64,000 bases of DNA from Nitrosopumilus sp. Its GTDB lineage: Archaea; Thermoproteota; Nitrososphaeria; Nitrososphaerales; Nitrosopumilaceae. Shown piece after piece: positions 1-11,600 of the stretch; position 1 is the stretch's first letter, and each line of letters begins with the position of its first letter. The notes under the pieces were generated by a model. It made no database searches and was not told the DNA's origin. It saw only the letters and a list, made by a program, of their open reading frames with translations. A program made the position numbers and the translations under genes. Where the stretch lies: the NCBI GenBank assembly GCA_963667665.2, contig OY763927.2, positions 1,820,961 to 1,884,960 of the forward strand. The letters run 5' to 3'.

Positions 1-2650
1 ACCTCTGACTTTGATGGCGACCTCTCCGGATGGGACGTCTCCTCTGTCACTGACATGTCCGGCATGTTCAACTCCGCCTCCTCCTTCAACCAACCCCTCA
101 ACGGCTGGGATGTCTCAAAGGTGACTGACATGTCCGGCATGTTCGCCTTTACCAGTGTTTTCAACCAACCCCTCAACAGCTGGAACGTCTCCTCGGTCAG
201 TAACATGAACGGCATGTTCAACTCCGCCTCCTCCTTCAACCAACCCCTCAACAGCTGGAACGTCTCTTCTGTCACCGACATGTCCGACATGTTCAACTCC
301 GCCTTCTCCTTCAACGGCGACCTCTCCAGCTGGGACGTCTCCTCTGTCACCGACATGGCCAGCATGTTCTTCTACACCTCTGACTTTGATGGCGACCTCT
401 CCGGATGGGACGTCTCTTCTGTCACCGACATGTCCGGCATGTTCAACTCTGCCTCCTCCTTCAACGGCGACCTCTCCGGATGGGACGTCTCCTCGGTCAC
501 CGACATGTCCTACATGTTCTTCTACACCTCTGACTTTGATGGCGACCTCTCCGGATGGGACGTCTCCTCTGTCACTGACATGTCCGGCATGTTCAACTCC
601 GCCTCCTCCTTCAACCAACCCCTCAACGGCTGGGATGTCTCAAAGGTGACTGACATGTCCGGCATGTTCGCCTTTACCAGTGTTTTCAACCAACCCCTCA
701 ACAGCTGGAACGTCTCCTCGGTCAGTAACATGAACGGCATGTTCAACTCCGCCTCCTCCTTCAACCAACCCCTCAACAGCTGGAACGTCTCTTCTGTCAC
801 TGACATGTCCGACATGTTCAACTCCGCCTTCTCCTTCAACGGCGACCTCTCCAGCTGGGACGTCTCCTCTGTCACCGACATGGCCAGCATGTTCTTCTAC
901 ACCTCTGACTTTGATGGCGACCTCTCCGGATGGGACGTCTCTTCTGTCACTGACATGTCCGGCATGTTCAACTCCGCCTCCTCCTTCAACGGCGACCTCT
1001 CCGGATGGGACGTCTCCTCGGTCACCGACATGTCCTACATGTTCTTCTACACCTCTGACTTTGATGGCGACCTCTCCGGATGGGACGTCTCCTCTGTCAC
1101 TGACATGTCCGGCATGTTCAACTCCGCCTCCTCCTTCAACCAACCCCTCAACGGCTGGGATGTCTCAAAGGTGACTGACATGTCCGGCATGTTCGCCTTT
1201 ACCAGTGTTTTCAACCAACTCCTCAACAGCTGGAACGTCTCCTCGGTCAGTAACATGAACGGCATGTTCAACTCCGCCTCCTCCTTCAACCAACCCCTCA
1301 ACAGCTGGAACGTCTCTTCTGTCACTGACATGTCCGACATGTTCAACTCCGCCTTCTCCTTCAACGGCGACCTCTCCAGCTGGGACGTCTCCTCTGTCAC
1401 CGACATGGCCAGCATGTTCTTCTACACCTCTGACTTTGATGGCGACCTCTCCGGATGGGACGTCTCTTCTGTCACTGACATGTCCGGCATGTTCAACTCC
1501 GCCTCCTCCTTCAACGGCGACCTCTCCGGATGGGACGTCTCCTCGGTCACCGACATGTCCTACATGTTCTTCTACACCTCTGACTTTGATGGCGACCTCT
1601 CCGGATGGGACGTCTCCTCTGTCACTGACATGTCCGGCATGTTCAACTCCGCCTCCTCCTTCAACCAACCCCTCAACGGCTGGGATGTCTCAAAGGTGAC
1701 TGACATGTCCGGCATGTTCGCCTTTACCAGTGTTTTCAACCAACTCCTCAACAGCTGGAACGTCTCCTCGGTCAGTAACATGAACGGCATGTTCAACTCC
1801 GCCTCCTCCTTCAACCAACCCCTCAACAGCTGGAACGTCTCTTCTGTCACTGACATGTCCGACATGTTCAACTCCGCCTTCTCCTTCAACGGCGACCTCT
1901 CCAGCTGGGACGTCTCCTCTGTCACCGACATGGCCAGCATGTTCTTCTACACCTCTGACTTTGATGGCGACCTCTCCGGATGGGACGTCTCCTCTGTCAC
2001 TGACATGTCCGGCATGTTCAACTCCGCCTCCTCCTTCAACCAACCCCTCAACGGCTGGGATGTCTCAAAGGTGACTGACATGTCCGGCATGTTCGCCTTT
2101 ACCAGTGTCTTCAACCAACTCCTCAACAGCTGGGACGTCTCTTCTGTCACCGACATGTCCGACATGTTCAACTCCGCCTTCTCCTTCAACGGCGACCTCT
2201 CCAGCTGGGACGTCTCCTCTGTCACCGACATGGCCAGCATGTTCTTCTACACCTCTGACTTTGATGGCGACCTCTCCGGATGGGACGTCTCTTCTGTCAC
2301 CGACATGTCCGACATGTTCAACTCCGCCTTCTCCTTCAACGGCGACCTCTCCAGCTGGGACGTCTCCTCTGTCACCGACATGGCCAGCATGTTCTTCTAC
2401 ACCTCTGACTTTGATGGCGACCTCTCCGGATGGGACGTCTCTTCTGTCACCGACATGGCCGGCATGTTCAACTCCGCCTCCTCCTTCAACGGCGACCTCT
2501 CCAGCTGGGACGTCTCCTCGGTCACCGACATGTCCTACATGTTCTCCTACTCTTCCTTCAACGGCGATCTCTCCGGATGGGACGTCTCTGGCGTAACCTA
2601 CATGGAACAGATGTTCCAGTCCGCCTCCTTCAACGGCAACCTCGGAAATT
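1..2650 (+). repeat. Coding tandem repeat: 75-bp DUF285 units with a 525-bp (7-unit) higher-order period
   Basis: Shadow ORFs recur every 525 bp (115/640/1165/1690); near-identical DNA units. Confidence 0.95.
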
Positions 2651-5600
2651 GGTACATCACGCTTGACAATGCGTCAGTCACAGGAATCCTGCAAGCAGTT
2701 GGAAACATCACACCTCAGAATGAGTTCCTTGCAACCCATGAGCCTACGTACAGTATTGGATCCAGTAGCGACTCGGAACACTTTGGCATAAATGGTGCCG
2801 CGTTGGTCCTGATGACCATTCCTGATGCCAATCCTGCCATTGTCAACATAACCTCCACCGGAGACTTTGGCACATCCAATTCCCGCATATTTGAGATAAC
2901 TATCTTGCCAGGCGTTGCAGACACCACCAACCCAAGGCTTGCATCAATTGAGAGGTCCAGCCCGACATCCCAGAACACGGACAGCCAGTCGCTGATCTAC
3001 GAGGTAACCTTTAGCGAAAGCGTCACGGGAGTAACCTCATCTGATTTTATCCTGTCCCTAGTTGGAAGCAATGCTGGTACCGGTTCTATCACCGGGATAT
3101 CAGGCTCTGGCAGCGTGTACTATGTGACAGTCTCTGCCGCGCAGGACGGGACGTACAACCTCGACCTCGTCTCGTCAGGACACGGCATCAGGGACGCAGC
3201 GAACAACCTCCTTAACAACACAACCCCCACCACCGGAACTGACGAGACATACACCGTCAGCACCACCGTCATAGACAACACCAACCCAAGACTTGCATCA
3301 ATTGAGAGGTACAGCCCGGCAGCAGAAAACACCGACAGCCAGACACTGGTATACAAGGTGACCTTCAGCGAGAATGTTACGGGGGTGGACACATCTGACT
3401 TTACATTATCTCCTGACAGCACTGGCAACAGTACCGGTTCCGGACAGTTCACGCAGACAAGAACGCCTGCCATCACCATACCCTACGATCAGATCGTGAC
3501 TGACACCATCCTAGTTACCGGCTCCGGCACTGCCACATCCGTCTCTGTTGCAGTGGACATCGCCCACCCATACATAGACGATCTCAAGGTAGATCTCATC
3601 GCCCCTGACGGCACGGTTCAGACGCTGCACGACCGCCCAAGCGGTCCGGCCAACATAGATCAGACCTACACGCCTGACTTTGGCAGCGTCTCCATCGCAG
3701 GAAACTGGACCTTACAGATGCACGACGATTACAGTGCAGACGACGGCATTTTGAACAGCTGGATGCTTACAGTCAATCATGACTCTGACATTGCCACCCA
3801 TGTTACCTCGATATCAGGCTCCGGTGATGTGTACTATGCAACGCTCTCTGCTGCGCAGGACGGTACCTACAACCTTGATCTTGTGTCATCCGGCCACAGC
3901 ATCACCGATGCCGCAGCCAACCCTCTAACTGACACTATCCCCACCACCGGAACTGACGAGACATACACCGTCAGCACCACCGTCATAGACAACACCAACC
4001 CAAGACTTGCATCAATTGAGCGGTACACTCCTGCAACCGAGAATACGGACAACCAGACACTAGTCTACAAGGCAACCTTTAGCGAGGATGTCACGGGAGT
4101 AACTGTATCTGACTTTACCTTGTCTTCTGACAGTGCGGGGGGAGAAAGCACATCCACCTCAACTGGACAGTTCACACAGACAAGATCCCCCCACCTTACC
4201 ATACCTGACCTTGCAACTGTATCTGATACCATCACAGTCCCTGATTCTGAAACTGCCACATCCGTCTCAGTTGAAGTAGACATTACGCATAACTACATCG
4301 GCGATCTCAAGATAGACATTATTGCCCCTGATGGCACTTCAATAACACTACACGACAATTCTGGCGGCAGCACCGACAACATAGACCAGCCGTACGCCCC
4401 GTTATTTGGAAGCATCCCCATCTCAGGTGTCTGGACCCTGCAGATACACGACAGGGATGCTCCCGATCCAGGAGTCCTGAACAGCTGGACACTTACCATC
4501 AATTACAGCACCACCACCACTGTCAGCCCCGTCACCGGCATCTCAGGTTCAGGTGATGTGTACTATGTGACAGTCTCTGCCGCGCAGGACGGGACGTACA
4601 ACCTTGATCTTGTCTCATCAGACCACAACATTGTCGATGCTGCAAACAACTCGCTGACCAACACGGCTACCACCGGTGCAGACCAGACATACACCGTCAG
4701 TACCGCAGTTATAGACAACACCAACCCAAGACTTGCATCAATTGAGAGGTCCAGCCCGACATCCCAGAACACGGACAGCCAGTCTCTACTCTACAAGGCA
4801 ACCTTTAGCGAGGATGTCACGGGAGTAACTGCATCCGACTTTGTCCTGTCTCCTAGCAGTACGGGAAGAGTCAGCGGCACCACCCAAGTCACCGGCATCT
4901 CAGGTTCAGGTGATGTGTACTATGTGACAGTCTCTGCCACGCAGGACGGCACATACAACCTTGATCTTGTCTCATCAGACCACAACATTGTCGATGCTGC
5001 AAACAACTCGCTGACTAACACGGCTACCACCGGTGCAGACCAGACATACACCGTCAGTACCGCAGTTATAGACAACACCAACCCAAGACTTGCATCAATT
5101 GAGCGGTCCAGCCCGACATCCCAGAACACGGACAGCCAGTCTCTACTCTACAAGGCAACCTTTAGCGAGGATGTCACGGGAGTAACTGCATCCGACTTTG
5201 TCCTGTCTCCTAGCAGTACGGGAAGAGTCAGCGGCACCACCCAAGTCACCGGCATCTCAGGCTCCAGCGACACGTACTACGTTACAGTCTCCTCATCTAC
5301 TGACGGAACATACAACCTTGATCTTGTCTCATCAGACCACAACATTGTCGATGCTGCAAACAACTCGCTGACCAACACGGCTACCACCGGTGCAGACCAG
5401 ACATACACCGTCAGTACCGCAGTTATAGACAACACCAACCCAAGACTTGCATCAATTGAGCGGTACACTCCTGCAACCGAGAATACGGACAACCAGACAC
5501 TAGTCTACAAGGCAACCTTTAGCGAGGATGTCACGGGAGTAACTGTATCTGACTTTACCTTGTCTTCTGACAGTGCGGGGGGAGAAAGCACATCCACCTC

Positions 5601-8600
5601 AACTGGACAGTTCACACAGACAAGATCCCCCCACCTTACCATACCTGACCTTGCAACTGTATCTGATACCATCACAGTCCCTGATTCTGAAACTGCCACA
5701 TCCGTCTCAGTTGAAGTAGACATTACGCATAACTACATCGGCGATCTCAAGATAGACATTATTGCCCCTGATGGCACTTCAATAACACTACACGACAATT
5801 CTGGCGGCAGCACCGACAACATAGACCAGCCGTACGCCCCGTTATTTGGAAGCATCCCCATCTCAGGTGTCTGGACCCTGCAGATACACGACAGGGATGC
5901 TCCCGATCCAGGAGTACTGAACAGCTGGACACTTACCATCAATTACAGCACCACCACCACTGTCAGCCCCGTCACCGGCATCTCAGGTTCAGGTGATGTG
6001 TACTATGTGACAGTCTCTGCCGCGCAGGACGGGACGTACAACCTCGACCTCGTCTCGTCAGGACACGGCATCAGGGACGCAGCGAACAACCTCCTTAACA
6101 ACACAACCCCCACCACCGGAACTGACGAGACATACACCGTCAGCACCACCGTCACAGACAACACCAACCCAAGACTTGCATCAATTGAGAGGTACAGCCC
6201 GGCAGCAGAAAACACCGACAGCCAGACACTGGTATACAAGGTGACCTTCAGCGAGAATGTTACGGGGGTGGACACATCTGACTTTACATTATCTCCTGAC
6301 AGCACTGGCAACGGTACCGGCTCCGGACAGTTCACGCAGACAAGAACGCCTGCCATCACCATACCCTACGATCAGATCGTGACTGACACCATCCTAGTTA
6401 CCGGCTCCGGCACTGCCACATCCGTCTCTGTTGCAGTGGACATCGCCCACCAATACGTAGTCGATCTCAAGGTAGACCTCATCGCCCCTGACGGCACGGT
6501 TCAAACGCTGCACGACCACTCAAGCGGTTCGGCTAACATAGATCAGACCTACACGCCTGACTTTGGCAGCGTCTCCATCGCAGGAAACTGGACCTTACAG
6601 ATGCACGACGATTACAGTGCAGACGACGGCATTTTGAACAGCTGGATGCTTACAGTCAATCATGACTCTGACATTGCCACCCATGTTACCTCGATATCAG
6701 GCTCCGGTGATGTGTACTATGCAACGCTCTCTGCTGCGCAGGACGGTACCTACAACCTTGATCTTGTGTCATCCGGCCACAGCATCACCGATGCCGCAGC
6801 CAACCCTCTAACTGACACTATCCCCACCACCGGAACTGACGAGACATACACCGTCAGCACCACCGTCATAGACACCATCAACCCAAGGCTTGCATCAATT
6901 GAGAGGTCCAGCCCGACATCCCAGAACACGGACAGCCAGTCGCTGATCTACGAGGTAACCTTTAGCGAAAGCGTCACGGGAGTAACCTCATCTGATTTTA
7001 TCCTGTCCCTAGTTGGAAGCAATGCTGGTACCGGTTCTATCACCGGGATATCAGGCTCTGGCAGCGTGTACTATGTGACAGTCTCTGCCGCGCAGGACGG
7101 GACGTACAACCTCGACCTCGTCTCGTCAGGACACGGCATCAGGGACGCAGCGAACAACCTCCTTAACAACACAACCCCCACCACCGGAACTGACGAGACA
7201 TACACCGTCAGCACCACCGTCACAGACAACACCAACCCAAGACTTGCATCAATTGAGCGGTACACTCCTGCAACCGAGAATACGGACAACCAGACACTAG
7301 TCTACAAGGCAACCTTTAGCGAGGATGTCACGGGAGTAACTGTATCTGACTTTACCTTGTCTTCTGACAGTGCGGGGGGAGAAAGCACATCCACCTCAAC
7401 TGGACAGTTCACACAGACAAGATCCCCCAATCTTACCATACCTGACCTTGCAACTGTATCTGATACCATCACAGTCCCTGATTCTGAAACTGCCACATCC
7501 GTCTCAGTTGAAGTAGACATTACGCATAACTACATCGGCGATCTCAAGATAGACATTATTGCCCCTGATGGCACTTCAATAACACTACACGACAATTCTG
7601 GCGGCAGCACCGACAACATAGACCAGCCGTACGCCCCGTTATTTGGAAGCATCCCCATCTCAGGTGTCTGGACCCTGCAGATACACGACAGGACTGCTCC
7701 CGATCCAGGAGTCCTGAACAGCTGGACACTTACCATCAATTACGGCACCACCACCACTGTCAGCCCCGTTACTGACATCTCAGGTTCAGGTGATGTGTAC
7801 TATGTGACAGTCTCTGCATTACAGGACGGCACATACAACCTTGATCTTGTCTCATCAGACCACAACATTGTCGATGCTGCAAACAACCCTCTGACCGACA
7901 CGGCTACCACCGGTGCAGACCAGACATACACCGTCAGTACCGCAGTTATAGACAACACCAACCCAAGACTTGCATCAATTGAGCGGTCCAGCCCGACATC
8001 CCAGAACACGGACAGCCAGTCTCTACTCTACAAGGCAACCTTTAGCGAGGATGTCACGGGAGTAACTGTATCTGACTTTACCTTGTCTTCTGACAGTGCG
8101 GGGGGAGAAAGCACATCCACCTCAACTGGACAGTTCACACAGACAAGATCCCCCCACCTTACCATACCTGACCTTGCAACTGTATCTGATACCATCACAG
8201 TCTCCAGTTCTGGAACTGTCGCCTCCGTCTCAGTTGAAGTAGACATTACGCATAACTACATCGGCGATCTCAAGATAGACATTATTGCCCCTGATGGCAC
8301 TTCAATAACACTACACGACAATTCTGGCGGCAGCACCGACAACATAGACCAGCCGTACGCCCCGTTATTTGGAAGCATCCCCATCTCAGGTGTCTGGACC
8401 CTGCAGATACACGACAGGGATGCTCCCGATCCAGGAGTCCTGAACAGCTGGACACTTACCATCAATTACAGCGATACTGCCACAACTCTCAGCTCCGTTA
8501 CTGACATCTCAGGTTCAGGTGATGTGTACTATGTGACAGTCTCTGCCACGCAGGACGGCACATACAACCTTGATCTTGTCTCATCAGACCACAACATTGT

Positions 8601-11600
8601 CGATGCTGCAAACAACCCTCTGACCAACACGGCTACCACCGGTGCAGACCAGACATACACCGTCAGTACCGCAGTTATAGACAACACCAACCCAAGACTT
8701 GCATCAATTGAGCGGTACAATCCTGCAACCGAGAATACGGACAGCCAGACACTAGTCTACAAGGCAACCTTTAGCGAGGATGTCACGGGAGTAACTGTAT
8801 CTGACTTTACCTTGTCTTCTGACAGTGCGGGGGGAGAAAGCACATCCACCTCAACTGGACAGTTCACACAGACAAGATCCCCCAATCTTACCATACCTGA
8901 CCTTGCAACTGTATCTGATACCATCACAGTCTCCAGTTCTGGAACTGCCACATCCGTCTCAGTTGAAGTAGACATTACGCATAACTACATCGGCGATCTC
9001 AAGATAGACATTATTGCCCCTGATGGCACTTCAATAACACTACACGACAATTCTGGCGGCAGCACCGACAACATAGACCAGCCGTACGCCCCGTTATTTG
9101 GAAGCATCCCCATCTCAGGTGTCTGGACCCTGCAGATACACGACAGGACTGCTCCCGATCCAGGAGTCCTGAACAGCTGGACACTTACCATCAACTACGG
9201 CACCACCACCACTGTCAGCTCCGTTACTGACATCTCAGGTTCAGGTGATGTGTACTATGTGACAGTCTCTGCCACGCAGGACGGAACATACAACCTTGAT
9301 CTTGTCTCATCAGACCACAACATTGCAGATGCTGCAAACAACTCGCTGACCAACACGGCTACCACCGGTGCAGACCAGACATACACTGTCAGTACCGCAG
9401 TTATAGACAACACCAACCCAAGACTTGCATCAATTGAGAGGTCCAGCCCGACATCCCAGAACACGGACAGCCAGTCTCTACTCTACAAGGCAACCTTTAG
9501 CGAGGATGTCACGGGAGTAACTGCATCCGACTTTGTCCTGTCTCCTAGCAGTACGGGAAGAGTCAGCGGCACCACCCAAGTCACCGGCATCTCAGGCTCC
9601 GGCGACACGTACTACGTTACAGTCTCCTCATCTACTGACGGAACATACAACCTTGATCTTGTCTCATCAGACCACAACATTGTCGATGCTGCAAACAACT
9701 CGCTGACCAACACGGCTACTACCGGTGCAGACCAGACATACACCGTCAGTACCGCAGTTATAGACAACACCAACCCAAGACTTGCATCAATTGAGCGGTA
9801 CACTCCTGCAACCGAGAATACGGACAACCAGACACTAGTCTACAAGGCAACCTTTAGCGAGGATGTCACGGGAGTAACTGTATCTGACTTTACCTTGTCT
9901 TCTGACAGTGCGGGGGGAGAAAGCACATCCACCTCAACTGGACAGTTCACACAGACAAGATCCCCCCACCTTACCATACCTGACCTTGCAACTGTATCTG
10001 ATACCATCACAGTCTCCAGTTCTGGAACTGCCACATCCGTCTCAGTTGAAGTAGACATTACGCATAACTACATCGGCGATCTCAAGATAGACATTATTGC
10101 CCCTGATGGCACTTCAATAACACTACACGACAATTCTGGCGGCAGCACCGACAACATAGACCAGCCGTACGCCCCGTTATTTGGAAGCATCCCCATCTCA
10201 GGTGTCTGGACCCTGCAGATACACGACAGGACTGCTCCCGATCCAGGAGTCCTGAACAGCTGGACACTTACCATCAATTACGGCACCACCACCACTGTCA
10301 GCCCCGTCACCGGCATCTCAGGTTCAGGTGATGTGTACTATGTGACAGTCTCTGCCACGCAGGACGGAACATACAACCTTGATCTTGTCTCATCAGACCA
10401 CAACATTGCAGATGCTGCAAACAACTCGCTGACCAACACGGCTACTACCGGTGCAGACCAGACATACACCGTCAGTACCGCAGTTATAGACAACACCAAC
10501 CCAAGACTTGCATCAATTGAGCGGTACACTCCTGCAACCGAGAATACGGACAGCCAGTCTCTACTCTACAAGGCAACCTTTAGCGAGGATGTCACGGGAG
10601 TAACTGCATCCGACTTTGTCCTGTCTCCTAGCAGTACGGGAAGAGTCAGCGGCACCACCCAAGTCACCGGCATCTCAGGCTCCGGCGACACGTACTACGT
10701 TACAGTCTCCTCATCTACTGACGGAACATACAACCTTGATCTTGTCTCATCAGACCACAACATTGTCGATGCTGCAAACAACTCGCTGACCAACACGGCT
10801 ACCACCGGTGCAGACCAGACATACACCGTCAGTACCGCAGTTATAGACAACACCAACCCAAGACTTGCATCAATTGAGCGGTACACTCCTGCAACCGAGA
10901 ATACGGACAACCAGACACTAGTCTACAAGGCAACCTTTAGCGAGGATGTCACGGGAGTAACTGTATCTGACTTTACCTTGTCTTCTGACAGTGCGGGGGG
11001 AGAAAGCACATCCACCTCAACTGGACAGTTCACACAGACAAGATCCCCCCACCTTACCATACCTAACCTTGCAACTGTATCTGATACCATCACAGTCTCC
11101 AGTTCTGGAACTGTCGCCTCCGTCTCAGTTGAAGTAGACATTACGCATAACTACATCGGCGATCTCAAGATAGACATTATTGCCCCTGATGGCACTTCAA
11201 TAACACTACACGACAATTCTGGCGGCAGCACCGACAACATAGACCAGCCGTACGCCCCGCTATTTGGAAGCATCCCCATCTCAGGTGTCTGGACCCTGCA
11301 GATACATGACAGGGATGCTCCCGATCCAGGAGTCCTGAACAGCTGGACACTTACCATCAATTACAGCACCACCACCACTGTCAGCCCCGTCACCGGCATC
11401 TCAGGTTCAGGTGATGTGTACTATGTGACAGTCTCTGCCACGCAGGACGGAACATACAACCTCGACCTCGTCTCGTCAGGACACGGCATCAGGGACGCAG
11501 CGAACAACCTCCTTAACAACACAACCCCCACCACCGGAACTGACGAGACATACACCGTCAGCACCACCGTCACAGACAACACCAACCCAAGACTTGCATC

